Part shown: positions 1 to 8,838 of the stretch, in pieces
Position numbering within the stretch: position 1 is the stretch's first letter
Layout: the number at the start of each line of letters is the position of its first letter
Source: a bacterium
GTDB lineage: Bacteria > Krumholzibacteriota > Krumholzibacteriia > LZORAL124-64-63
Reading direction: 5' to 3'
Length of the DNA stretch: 64,000 nucleotides
NCBI GenBank assembly: GCA_016706845.1
Contig: JADJIV010000020.1
Coordinates: 3,671-67,670 of the forward strand
Notes under the pieces: generated by a model
The model's database searches: none
What the model was told of the DNA's origin: nothing
What the model saw: the letters and a program-made list of their open reading frames with translations, nothing else
Program-made: the position numbers and the translations under genes

Positions 1-27
1 TCGCGCAGCCGCCGCAGCCGGTCGGTC

Positions 28-624
28 TCAGCCGTCACGTCGGTCCTCCGGCGGCCCGCCGCCCAGCTCCCGGGCCAGCCACGCCTTCGCGAAACGCCAG
101 TCGCGCTTCACCGTGGCGGAGGACACATCGAGCATCGAGGCGACTTCGACGACTTCGAGCCCGAGCAGGAATCGCAACTCGGCGACCTGCGCCCAGCGGG
201 GTTCCGCGGCGGCGAGCCGGTCCAGGGCGCGGTCCAGTTCCAGCACGTCCAGCGGCGACGGGGCGGGGCCGGCGATCTCGTCGTGCAGCGTGACGCGCAG
301 GCCGGCCCCCCGCTTGGCGGCGTTGCGGGCGCGCGCGTGGTCGACCAGGACCCGGCGCATCACCAGGGAGAAGGCCCGCAGGAACTGCTGGCGATCCTCG
401 CAGGACAGGGCTTCGCGGTCCAGCAGCCGCAGCATCGCCTCGTTCACCAGCCCCGCGGGCTCGAGCGTGTGCCCCGCCCGCTCGCGGCTCATGTGCCGCC
501 GCGCGATGGCGTGGAGCTCGGCGTACACGGTCTGGTACAGCTGCTCGCGCGCGGTCTCGTCCCCGTCACGCGCGGCGTGCAGCAGGAGCGTGACGCCCTG
601 GGCTGGTGACGAGTTCGCTGGCAT
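28..624 (-). CDS. ECF-type RNA polymerase sigma-70 factor
   Basis: 198-aa ORF. Region-2-like segment LYQTVYAELHAIARRHM and C-terminal region-4 HTH VASMLDVSSATVKRDWRFAKAWL, as in ECF sigma factors. Confidence 0.85.
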   Translation of the reverse strand: MPANSSPAQGVTLLLHAARDGDETAREQLYQTVYAELHAIARRHMSRERAGHTLEPAGLVNEAMLRLLDREALSCEDRQQFLRAFSLVMRRVLVDHARARNAAKRGAGLRVTLHDEIAGPAPSPLDVLELDRALDRLAAAEPRWAQVAELRFLLGLEVVEVASMLDVSSATVKRDWRFAKAWLARELGGGPPEDRRDG

Positions 625-832
625 GGACGGACCCCCGGCACGGCTGCCGACGCAGGGGCGCGGCCCGGGCAGACGCGCCGGGGCCGGGCCTCCGCAGGGG
701 CCGCGCTATTTTGATAACCGATTGACATTATACCACCGCCCGAGAGGCGGAATCAGCGGAATCTACCCCTGTGGTGCGGGGTTGGAGAGCTGCGGTCGGC
801 GACCGGCTCTTCGAAGCAGCGAGTAATGTCCT

Positions 833-850
833 GGCCGGCGATCGCCGGCC
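833..850 (-). terminator. GC hairpin downstream of the ClC gene
   Basis: Perfect 18-nt palindrome GGCCGGCGATCGCCGGCC immediately after (minus sense) the stop codon at 853-855. No U-tract. Confidence 0.4.
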
Positions 851-852
851 TC

Positions 853-2760
853 TCAAGCCGGCTCACCGAGTCCCCCGTGGACGCGCCGCAGGTAGGCGCT
901 GGAGATGTCGACACGCCTCACGATGCCGATCACGCGCCGCGAGGGCTCACCTTCCAGCACGGCCAGATCCGTCCGATCGCTCAGTACGAACAGTTCCAGG
1001 GCCTTGTCCAGCGAGTCGTCCGGCCCGAGCGTCGGAGCGGTCGTGCACATCAGGTCCGCTGCCACCAGCAATTGATCCAGCGAAGGGGTGCGGGCGGCGA
1101 GGTGCACGTCCTCGGGGCTCAGCATGCCCAGGTAGCTGCCGTCGTCCGCGGTCACGGGCAGACTGTTGTGCGACGACTCGTCCAGCCGGTCGAGGATGCG
1201 GGGCATCCGGTCCTGCGGCCGCAACGTCGCGACGACCAGCCCCGGCACGAGAAACTCGCTCACGCGCAGGCCGGCGAGCACGTCCCGCACATAGTCGCCG
1301 CGATGGGCCGGCGAAAGGGACCGGCTCGCGACCTGCGATCGGTAGAGGGACTGCTCGTCCGAAAGCAGGAACGAGAGCGTGCAGACCCAGAGCGCCGGCA
1401 GCAGCAGGGAGTAGTTCCCGGTCATCTCGCTGACGATGACCAGGGTGGAGATGGGCGTCTTGGCGGCGGCGGCGAAAAAGCCGGCCATGCCGACGATCAC
1501 GAAGCTGGCCGGATGCGGCACCAGGGTCGGCCAGAAGTGCCGCAGGACCAGCCCCAGGGCGCCGCCGCCGCAGCCGCCGATCACCATCGAGGGACCGAAG
1601 ACGCCGCCCGAACCCCCGCTGCCGATTGTCAGGCCCGTGGTCAGGATCTTGCCCAGGGCGATCACCAGCAGCACCAGGGCGAACCGCAGGTCGTCCGCCA
1701 CCGGTGCGGAGGATGACAGCACGCCCTGCAACGAGCCGTAGCCGGAGGATAGGACGGCCAGCAGATCCTGGTCGCGCCCGAACGCGGTGTAGAGGCCGAC
1801 GGCGACCAGCCCGGCCCCGAACGCGCCGACCGCGGGCTTCACCGGCCGAGGCAGGGGCAGACGCCCGAAGGCGTGGGCGAGACCGTAGAAGCTCCGGGTG
1901 TAGAGCATCGCCAGCGCCGCCATGAACAGCGCCAGCATCAGGTAGGCGAGCAGCTGACTGGGACTCTTGAAGCCGAGCGTGGCGACGACTTCCGGCGACA
2001 GCGTGAACAGAGGCGACCAGCCGAAGGCCAGGCCGAACGTGCAGTAGGCCGCCGTGCTGGCCAGGGCCGCCGGGACGATGACGTCGGATTCGAAGTCGGT
2101 GGAGCGGTAGAGGATTTCGGCCGCGAACAAGGCCCCTGCCAGCGGCGCGCGGAAGATCGCCGCCACGCCGGCGCCGACCCCGGCCGCCATCAGGATCCGT
2201 CGCTGTGCCGGCTGCAGGTGGAACAGCTTCCCGATCAGCGACCCGAACCCGGCGCCGATCTGGGCGATGGGCCCCTCGCGACCGCCGGAACCGCCGGTGC
2301 CGATCGTGATCGCGCTGGCGACGAGCTTGACCAGCGGAACGCGCGGCCTGATCACGCCCTGTCCTTCGTGGAAGGCGGCGATGGCGGCGTCCGTCCCGTG
2401 GCCCTCGGCTTCGGGAGCCAGCTTGTACACCAGCAGCCCGCTGAGCAGGCCGCCCGCGACCGGCACCACCAGCAGCCACCAGGGGTGCAGCGTCCGCACG
2501 GCGGCGGCCAACAGCGGCGGTTCCCCTCCGGGGTGGTGCGGCTGGTATCCGGCGATGCCGCCCAGTGCGTAGTGTGCCGTCAACTGGCAGGCGATATAGA
2601 ACGCGATGGCGCCGAGGCCGGCGACCACCCCCACCATCAGCGACAGGCCCATCATCCGGACCTGGGGCCGCAGACGCTGCTGTCCGAGTCCCCAGAACTC
2701 GGGCAGCCATCGCAGTGGGTGCGGGCTCGAAGCAGGTGGAGGTGCCGAGTGGTCCAGCAT
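853..2760 (-). CDS. ClC-family chloride channel / H+-Cl- antiporter with C-terminal CBS pair
   Basis: 635-aa ORF. ClC motifs GREGP (GGSGGREGPIAQIGAGFGS) and GVFGPS, many hydrophobic helices, and a C-terminal tandem CBS-like region. Confidence 0.9.
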   Translation of the reverse strand: MLDHSAPPPASSPHPLRWLPEFWGLGQQRLRPQVRMMGLSLMVGVVAGLGAIAFYIACQLTAHYALGGIAGYQPHHPGGEPPLLAAAVRTLHPWWLLVVPVAGGLLSGLLVYKLAPEAEGHGTDAAIAAFHEGQGVIRPRVPLVKLVASAITIGTGGSGGREGPIAQIGAGFGSLIGKLFHLQPAQRRILMAAGVGAGVAAIFRAPLAGALFAAEILYRSTDFESDVIVPAALASTAAYCTFGLAFGWSPLFTLSPEVVATLGFKSPSQLLAYLMLALFMAALAMLYTRSFYGLAHAFGRLPLPRPVKPAVGAFGAGLVAVGLYTAFGRDQDLLAVLSSGYGSLQGVLSSSAPVADDLRFALVLLVIALGKILTTGLTIGSGGSGGVFGPSMVIGGCGGGALGLVLRHFWPTLVPHPASFVIVGMAGFFAAAAKTPISTLVIVSEMTGNYSLLLPALWVCTLSFLLSDEQSLYRSQVASRSLSPAHRGDYVRDVLAGLRVSEFLVPGLVVATLRPQDRMPRILDRLDESSHNSLPVTADDGSYLGMLSPEDVHLAARTPSLDQLLVAADLMCTTAPTLGPDDSLDKALELFVLSDRTDLAVLEGEPSRRVIGIVRRVDISSAYLRRVHGGLGEPA

Positions 2761-2823
2761 GAATCGTCCCTGGCTCCACGGTAAAGGACGGCTTCGGTGC
2801 GTGGCGCGGCGATCGCGAGGTAC

Positions 2824-4527
2824 TTAGGCCAACCCGTCCGTCAAAGCCCGCAGCCGCTCGACCTCGGCTGCGATGACGTCGGGATCCAGCCTGGGGAACA
2901 GGATCTCGGGCGTGCCCAGCGCCCGCCCCGCCGGCAACGCCTCCAGCCCCTCCGCCCAGCCGCCGCGGTGCAGGTCCGTCTCCATCCCCAGCCACCCCCA
3001 CACCTTCGTCATGCTGAACGGCACCACCGGCGCCAGCATCACCACGAGCTGCCGCACGATCTGCAGCGTGACCGCGATCGAGACGCCGCAGCGCGCCAGG
3101 TCGTCCTTGCGGCTGCGGAAGGGGGCCGACTCGTCGAAGTAGCGGTTGCCGGCCTGGCCGGCGGCGAAGGCCTCGTCCAGGGCGGCGCGGACCTCGAAGC
3201 GCTCCAGGCGCTCGGCCCAGCGCCCGCGGCAGGCGGTCACCTCGTCGAGCGCGGCGCGGTCCAGGTCGGTCAGGTCGGCCTCGGTCCAGGCGGGCACGCG
3301 CCCCTCGAAGTACTTGTGCGCGAAGGTGAACACGCGGTTGATGAGGTTGCCGAAGTTGTTGCCCAGCTCGTTGTCGGAGCGCGACTGCAGGCCCTCCCAG
3401 GTGAAGTTCGTGTCCTTGGTCTCGGGCAGCGTGCGCGCCAGCGTGTAGCGCAGCGTGTCCGCGGAGAAGCGCTGCAGGAAGTCGGGCAGCCAGACGGCGT
3501 AGCCGCGGCTGGTGGACAGCTTGTTGCCTTCGAGGTTCAGGAACTCGTTGGCCGGGACGTTGTCCGGCAGCACCCAGGGCTCGGAGTGGTGCATGAGCAT
3601 GCCGGGGAACATGATCGCGTGGAAGACAATGTTGTCCTTGCCGATGAAGTGGACCAGGCGCGAGCCGGGGTCCTGCCACCAGAGGCGCCACGCCTCGGGA
3701 TCGCCCCGCGCGGCCGCCCACTCGCGCGTCGCGGAGATGTAGCCGATGGGCGCATCGAACCAGACGTAGAAGACTTTGCCCTCGTGGTCGGGCAGGGGCA
3801 CCGGCACGCCCCAGTGCAGGTCGCGGGTGGCGGCGCGCGGCTGCAGGCCGTCCTGGAACCAGCCGCGGCAGTAGTTCAGGATGTTCTCCTTCCACTCCGG
3901 GTGGGTGGCCAGCCAGGCCTCCAGCTCCGGCTGCCAAACGTCCAGGGGCAGGTACCAGTGGACCGTGGCCCGCTTCTCCAGCGGCGAGTTGTCCAGCACG
4001 CTGCGCGGCTCGATGAGCTCGTCGGGGTTCAGCGACGAACCGCACTTCTCGCACTGGTCGCCGCGGGCGCCGGCGCTGTGGCACTGGGGGCAGGTGCCCT
4101 CGATGTAGCGGTCGGCCAGAAAGCGGCCCTGGGTCGGGCTGTAGAACTGCTCGCTCGACTTCTGCACCAGCACGCCGCGGCGGTGCAGGTCCAGGAAGAA
4201 GGCCTGGCTGGTCTCGGTGTGGACGGCGCGGCTGGTCTGCGAGAAGTTGTCGAAGGTCATGCCGAAGCCCTCGAACGAGGCCTTGATCGAGGCGTGGTTG
4301 CGGTCGACCAGCTCCTGGGGCGTGATCCCCTGCTTCTCGGCCGTCAGGGTGATCGGCACGCCGTACTCGTCGGTGCCGCAGATGAACAGCACCTCCCGCC
4401 CCCGCAGCCGCAGGTAGCGCGCGTAGACGTCGGCCGGCAGGTAGGCGCCCGCGAGGTGCCCGAGGTGGATCTCGCCGTTGGCGTAGGGCAGGGCGGCGGT
4501 GATGAGTGTACGCTGGAAATTGCTCAC
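2824..4527 (-). CDS. metG: methionyl-tRNA synthetase
   Basis: 567-aa ORF. Class I HIGH motif (ANGEIHLGHL), KMSKS-like KLSTSRG, and zinc knuckle CPQCHSAGARGDQCEKCG. Confidence 0.95.
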   Translation of the reverse strand: MSNFQRTLITAALPYANGEIHLGHLAGAYLPADVYARYLRLRGREVLFICGTDEYGVPITLTAEKQGITPQELVDRNHASIKASFEGFGMTFDNFSQTSRAVHTETSQAFFLDLHRRGVLVQKSSEQFYSPTQGRFLADRYIEGTCPQCHSAGARGDQCEKCGSSLNPDELIEPRSVLDNSPLEKRATVHWYLPLDVWQPELEAWLATHPEWKENILNYCRGWFQDGLQPRAATRDLHWGVPVPLPDHEGKVFYVWFDAPIGYISATREWAAARGDPEAWRLWWQDPGSRLVHFIGKDNIVFHAIMFPGMLMHHSEPWVLPDNVPANEFLNLEGNKLSTSRGYAVWLPDFLQRFSADTLRYTLARTLPETKDTNFTWEGLQSRSDNELGNNFGNLINRVFTFAHKYFEGRVPAWTEADLTDLDRAALDEVTACRGRWAERLERFEVRAALDEAFAAGQAGNRYFDESAPFRSRKDDLARCGVSIAVTLQIVRQLVVMLAPVVPFSMTKVWGWLGMETDLHRGGWAEGLEALPAGRALGTPEILFPRLDPDVIAAEVERLRALTDGLA

Positions 4528-4638
4528 GGATCCTCCGCTGGGGGTCGCGTCCGGGGCTGGCAGGCCTTATGATCCGGGCAACCTTAAGCGATGGGGACGC
4601 GGCCCCGCAAGGAGCCATCCGGTCGGGGGAGGTCGGCG

Positions 4639-5433
4639 TTGGATCTTGGCGTGAAGGGGCGGGTGGCGCTGGTGACGGCCGGCTCGCGAGGTTTCGGCCG
4701 GGCCGTGGCCGAGGGGCTGGCCCGCGAGGGGGCGCGCGTCGCGCTGTGCGCCCGCGGCGCCGACGACCTGGCCGCGGCCGCGGCGGCGGTGGCCGCGGCC
4801 GGCGACGGCCGCGTGCTGGCCGCGCAGGTCGACGTCGCCGACGGCGACGCGCTGGCGGGCTTCGTCACCGAGATCGAACACGACCTGGGCCCGGTCGAGC
4901 TGCTGCTGGTCAACGCCGGCGGCCCGCCGGCGGTCGGCTTCCTCGAGGCGGACCTCGCGGCCTGGGAGGCGGCCTACCGCCTGAACCTCGAGAGCGCCGT
5001 GAAGGCCTGCCGGCGCGTGCTGCCCGGCATGATGGAGCGCGGCTACGGGCGCATCGTCGCGGTCACCTCGGTGACGGTCCGCCAGCCGCTCGACAACCTG
5101 ACGCTCTCGAACGTGATCCGCCCGGCGGTGCACGCGCTGGTGAAGGACCTGTCCCGTTTGGCGGCGCCCCGCGGCGTGACCGTCAACTCCGTCGCGCCGG
5201 GCTTCCACCTCACCAGCGCGGTGGAGCGGCTGATCGCGCGCAAGCTCGCCGACGGCACGGCCGCCACGCGCGAGGAGGCGCTGGCGGGCTGGGAACGCGA
5301 GATCCCGGCCGGGCGGCTGGGCCGCCCCGAGGAGCTGGCGGCGCTGGTGCTGTTCCTGATGTCGCAGGGGGCCTCCTACGTCACCGGCCAGTGCGTCGCC
5401 TGCGACGGCGGCTGGGTGCGGGGCACGTTCTGA
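4639..5433 (+). CDS. short-chain dehydrogenase/reductase family oxidoreductase
   Basis: Rossmann motif VALVTAGSRGFG. Start placed at TTG 4639, preceded by GGGGGAGG. The six-frame ORF begins at ATG 4591. Confidence 0.8.
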   Translation: MDLGVKGRVALVTAGSRGFGRAVAEGLAREGARVALCARGADDLAAAAAAVAAAGDGRVLAAQVDVADGDALAGFVTEIEHDLGPVELLLVNAGGPPAVGFLEADLAAWEAAYRLNLESAVKACRRVLPGMMERGYGRIVAVTSVTVRQPLDNLTLSNVIRPAVHALVKDLSRLAAPRGVTVNSVAPGFHLTSAVERLIARKLADGTAATREEALAGWEREIPAGRLGRPEELAALVLFLMSQGASYVTGQCVACDGGWVRGTF

Positions 5434-5442
5434 CCGGCGGTC

Positions 5443-5470
5443 TTGACGCCCGGCTGGGCGTTGCTATATT
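5443..5470 (+). promoter_or_regulatory. sigma-70-like promoter (TTGACG-N16-TATATT)
   Basis: TTGACG at 5443-5448 and TATATT at 5465-5470, inside a locally AT-rich patch upstream of the micro-ORF and the FmdB gene. Confidence 0.35.
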
Positions 5471-5514
5471 AGTAGTCAATGAATTTGGAATATATAGGAA
5501 CGACGGGAGTCGCC

Positions 5515-5595
5515 GTGACGAAGGCCCTGATCATCCTCGCGATCTACCTCGCCCTGGTGCGCTGGGTCTTCCCGCGCCTGGGCGTGCCCACCTGA
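5515..5595 (+). CDS. candidate 26-aa hydrophobic micro-protein
   Basis: GTG start 5 nt after GGGAG. Translation VTKALIILAIYLALVRWVFPRLGVPT (one predicted TM helix), ending at TGA 5593-5595. Confidence 0.3.
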   Translation: MTKALIILAIYLALVRWVFPRLGVPT

Positions 5596-5674
5596 GGCGC
5601 CGCCAGCTGCTCGATCGGCGATCGGGCGACGAAACCGGATGATGACGACGGACCGACGACCGGGGGTGCGTGAC

Positions 5675-5880
5675 ATGCCCATGTACGAGTTCGCCTGCCG
5701 CGCCTGCGGCGCCGAGTTCGAGGAGCTCTGCACGGCCGCCGAGGCCGCGGCCGGGAAGGTCGGCTGCCCCGCCTGCGGCGCCCGCAAGTCGGAGCGCAAG
5801 CTCTCCACGTTCGCCAGCAAGGACGCGGCGGCGGCGGCGGCGGCGGTTGCGGCCACAGCAGCCACGGCGGGTTCGGCTGA
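5675..5880 (+). CDS. FmdB-family zinc-ribbon regulatory protein (frame change near 5820)
   Basis: MPMYEFACRACG...GCPACG double CxxC. After about 5820 a second frame reads GRGGGGGGGCGHSSHGGFG-stop (TGA 5878-5880), a typical FmdB tail, followed by an intrinsic terminator. The uncorrected ORF runs on to 6067 with non-protein-like sequence. Confidence 0.65.
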
Positions 5881-5906
5881 GCCCGCTAGGACAGGCATTC
5901 GAGCCG

Positions 5907-5937
5907 AGGGCGCCCGGGGGGCGCCCTTCTTCTTTCC
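5907..5937 (+). terminator. intrinsic terminator
   Basis: 9-bp stem AGGGCGCCC/GGGCGCCCT (5907-5927) followed by TCTTCTTTCC. Confidence 0.6.
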
Positions 5938-6063
5938 GGTCCGACGGGACGCGGCCGGCCGGCCGCCCATCAATGAATTGTCATGTTCGGTGAATTCGCG
6001 GTATCGTCGCCGTCCGCTCTTCGCGTGCCGGTCCGCCGGCGAACCGCTTCCGGAGGATGAACG

Positions 6064-7899
6064 ATGAACCGTCGAACCGTGGGTAGCCTCGCCGCCGCGG
6101 CGGTGCTCCTCGGCCTGCTGGCTGCCGGGTCCGCCGCGGCTGGGACCAAGGACCGGCTGACCGAACAGAACAACAAGTGCCGCATCGTCGTCGGCCAGAT
6201 CAAGTCCAACGCCGACCAGTGCGACCGCAGCATGGCCGCGGCGATCGGCCAGATGCTGTCGACGGCCCTGGCCAACGAAGACCGCTTCATCGTGCTGGCG
6301 AGCCAGGACGAGGTCGCCGAGCTGGCGGGCGAGATCGAACTCGCGGAGTCGGGGATGGTCGAAGCGGGTCGCGGCGCCGAGCGGGGCCTGATGGAGGGCG
6401 CCGACGTCATGGTCACCGGCGCGGTCACCAGCTTCGAACCCGAGGCCAGCGGGGGCGGCGGCCTGCTCGGCGCGGCCAAGAGCCGGCTGGGCGGTTCGGT
6501 CGGCGTCAGCAGCAACACGGCCGAGTGCACGCTGGACCTGAAGCTCGTCGACATCCGCACGCGGCGCGTGATCAAGGCCTTCAGCGTCGAGGGCAAGTCC
6601 AAGAGCTGGTCGACCGACCTGACGGGCCACGGCTGGGTGGAGGACGTCGCGCTGGGCGGCGCGCTGGGCAGCTACTCCAACCAACCCATGGAGAAGGCCC
6701 TGCGCACCGTCCTGGCCAAGGCCGTCGAGCGCGTCGCCAAGGACGTGCCGCAGGAGTACTACCGCTACACCGGCGACGGCCAGTACACGCAGGAGTACAC
6801 GGCGGGCGGCGGCGTAGCTGCGCCGACGTCGGGCGGGGTCGCACAGGCGGCGGGCGGGGCCGGTGACGACGACGACGCACCCCTGCAGACGGCTGCGTCG
6901 GGCGGTCGCGCATCGGGTGGCCGCCCCGCGGGTCAGGCCGCCGAGGACATGGCTCTCTACACCCGCTGCGACTTCGTGCCGGGCGACCGGACGATCTTCT
7001 GCGACGACCTCGACCGCGAGGAGGTCGGCGAGTTCCCGAGCCGCTGGAACCTGGTCGACGGCGTGTTCGAGGTGGCCCGCAAGGGCGAGACCGGCTGGAT
7101 CCTCTGCACGGACACGGGCCACCTGCGCCCCGAACTGCCGGACGCCCCCTTCCCCGAGCGCTACACCATCGAGATGGACGTCTTCGAGAACGGCGAGCCG
7201 CACCGCGGCCACTGGTTCAGCATCATGCTGATGGAGGGCGACGACGTCGCGATCGAATTCTTCTTCGGCGACGGCATCCGCACGCGCGTGCTGGTCGACG
7301 GCGTGGAGAAGGCCAGCAAGGAGCTCCCGCACCGCGCCGGCAAGGGCCGCCACACCATGCGGATCATGGCGACGTCCACGACGTTCAAGTGCTACCTCGA
7401 CAACGAGCGGGTGGGGAACATCCCGAAGCTCGAAGGCGTCGCGCCCGACGGGATCAAGATCCGGATGGACCGCTACGACGACGAGGACAACCCGATGCTC
7501 ATGTCGGGCTTCCGCTTCGCCGCGGGCGGCAAGACCCTGCGCGACCAGCTCGCCCAGGACGGCCGCATCGTCACCCACGGCATCCTGTTCGACTCCGGAT
7601 CGGCCGTGATCAAGGCGGAGTCCTACAAGACGCTCGCCGACCTCGGCGAGCTGCTGAAGGCGGACGCCGGCCTGCGACTGTCGATCGAGGGGCACACCGA
7701 CAGCGAGGGCGCCGACGACGCGAACCTCGTCCTCTCGCAGCAGCGGGCCGCGTCGGTGAAGGACTACCTCGGCAGCGCCTTCGGCGTCGCGGCGGACCGT
7801 CTCGAGGTCAAGGGCCTGGGCGAGACCAGGCCGCTCAGCGCGAACGACACGTCCGAGGGCCGCGCGAACAACCGGCGCGTGGAGCTGGTGAAGATCTGA
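6064..7899 (+). CDS. secreted tri-domain protein: CsgG-like N-terminal domain, central jelly-roll-like domain, C-terminal OmpA peptidoglycan-binding domain
   Basis: Signal peptide (AAGSAAAG). CsgG-like pattern (MLSTALANEDRFIVLASQDE...GADVMVTGAVTSFE...LDLKLVDIRTRRVIKAF). OmpA_C (IEGHTDSEG...NRRVELVKI). GGAGGA RBS 8 nt upstream. Confidence 0.75.
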   Translation: MNRRTVGSLAAAAVLLGLLAAGSAAAGTKDRLTEQNNKCRIVVGQIKSNADQCDRSMAAAIGQMLSTALANEDRFIVLASQDEVAELAGEIELAESGMVEAGRGAERGLMEGADVMVTGAVTSFEPEASGGGGLLGAAKSRLGGSVGVSSNTAECTLDLKLVDIRTRRVIKAFSVEGKSKSWSTDLTGHGWVEDVALGGALGSYSNQPMEKALRTVLAKAVERVAKDVPQEYYRYTGDGQYTQEYTAGGGVAAPTSGGVAQAAGGAGDDDDAPLQTAASGGRASGGRPAGQAAEDMALYTRCDFVPGDRTIFCDDLDREEVGEFPSRWNLVDGVFEVARKGETGWILCTDTGHLRPELPDAPFPERYTIEMDVFENGEPHRGHWFSIMLMEGDDVAIEFFFGDGIRTRVLVDGVEKASKELPHRAGKGRHTMRIMATSTTFKCYLDNERVGNIPKLEGVAPDGIKIRMDRYDDEDNPMLMSGFRFAAGGKTLRDQLAQDGRIVTHGILFDSGSAVIKAESYKTLADLGELLKADAGLRLSIEGHTDSEGADDANLVLSQQRAASVKDYLGSAFGVAADRLEVKGLGETRPLSANDTSEGRANNRRVELVKI

Positions 7900-7958
7900 T
7901 TCCCGGCGGTAAGCGCGGCGGCCGGCCGGTGCGGGTGCGCCGGCCGGCCGCGCCGCGA

Positions 7959-8213
7959 TCAGCGGACCTTTGGGGCGGACTTGCGGAAGCGCGGCGCCAG
8001 CCACGCCACCAGCAGCGCCCACAGGCAGATCACGACACCCAGGCCCAGACCCGTACCGACGAAGGTCACCGGCGCGATGGCGGTCTGGGCGCTCGAGAGC
8101 CACTGCTGCGGCACGTTGGACAGGAACAGGCGGTGGAAGATCAGGCCGAACACCACGCCCAGGACGAGGCTGCCGGCCAGGGTCAGGATCAGACCCGTGC
8201 GGACGCTCTGCAT
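7959..8213 (-). CDS. small membrane protein, unknown function
   Basis: 84-aa ORF with 2-3 hydrophobic helices and no recognisable motif. Confidence 0.4.
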   Translation of the reverse strand: MQSVRTGLILTLAGSLVLGVVFGLIFHRLFLSNVPQQWLSSAQTAIAPVTFVGTGLGLGVVICLWALLVAWLAPRFRKSAPKVR

Positions 8214-8375
8214 GGGGACACCTCCGGATGACGGCGAGTGACGCTGCCGCGCATCCTAGCAGCCCGGCCTGCGTATGTCTCCCCCCGAGCGTGCCGTCTT
8301 GACGGCCGGCCGGGGCCCCGGTACCATCCCGCGGGGGTTCCCGCCGCTCGCAGACGCATCCCGACTGGAGGCGAC

Positions 8376-8804
8376 ATGGCCTGGTGGATCTGGATCATCG
8401 TGGGCGCGATCCTGCTCGCCGCGGAGGCGGTCATCACCGCCGACTTCTATCTCGTCTTCTTCGGCCTGGCCGGGCTGCTGGTGGGCCTGCTCGGGGTCTG
8501 CGGCCTCCACCTGCCGGCCTGGACGCAGTGGCTGCTGTTCGCCGTGCTGGCCGTGGCGGGCCTGCTCCTGTACCGCGGACCCCTGAAGCGCAAGCTCGCG
8601 AAGGTCGACCGGGCGATGGGCCCCGAACTGATCGGGGAGACCGCCAGCGCCCAGGCGCCGATCGCGGCGGGCGCGCGCGGGCGCGTCGACCTGCGCGGCA
8701 CGGCCTGGGACGCCCGCAACGACGGCGACACCGACCTGGCCGCCGGCGCCCGTTGCCTGGTCAAGGGAGTGGACGGGCTGACCCTGCTCGTCCGCGCCGA
8801 GTGA
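8376..8804 (+). CDS. NfeD-family membrane protein
   Basis: ATG 8376 after GGAG. MAWWIWIIVGAILLAAE TM helices plus a C-terminal OB-like soluble domain. Located directly upstream of the SPFH gene. Confidence 0.8.
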   Translation: MAWWIWIIVGAILLAAEAVITADFYLVFFGLAGLLVGLLGVCGLHLPAWTQWLLFAVLAVAGLLLYRGPLKRKLAKVDRAMGPELIGETASAQAPIAAGARGRVDLRGTAWDARNDGDTDLAAGARCLVKGVDGLTLLVRAE

Positions 8805-8838
8805 ACCGAACCGCCAACCGCCTTCATCGGAGGACGCC

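Noticed and set aside
947-4618. Very long ORFs overlapping real genes on the opposite strand or in other frames. Examples: 947-4618 minus (1223 aa), 5476-8103 minus (875 aa), 30638-32230 minus, 47104-48858 minus, and the upstream (non-pyrF) part of 60137-63604 minus.
   Set aside because: The translations are Arg/Ala/Gly/Pro-rich low-complexity sequence with no motifs. These are typical shadow ORFs of a high-GC genome lying opposite well-supported genes.
5593-5673. Possible selenocysteine or read-through extension of the micro-ORF (U-G-A-A-S-C…), ending 1 nt before the FmdB start.
   Set aside because: No convincing SECIS-type hairpin at the required distance and no selenocysteine genes in the window. 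Reported only as a low-probability note inside a finding.
5675-6067. FmdB ORF read straight through to 6067, implying translational coupling (ATGA) with the CsgG-like gene.
   Set aside because: After the poly-Ala stretch the translation is non-protein-like and crosses an intrinsic terminator (5907-5937). An alternative frame gives a typical Gly/Cys/His FmdB tail with a stop at 5878-5880.
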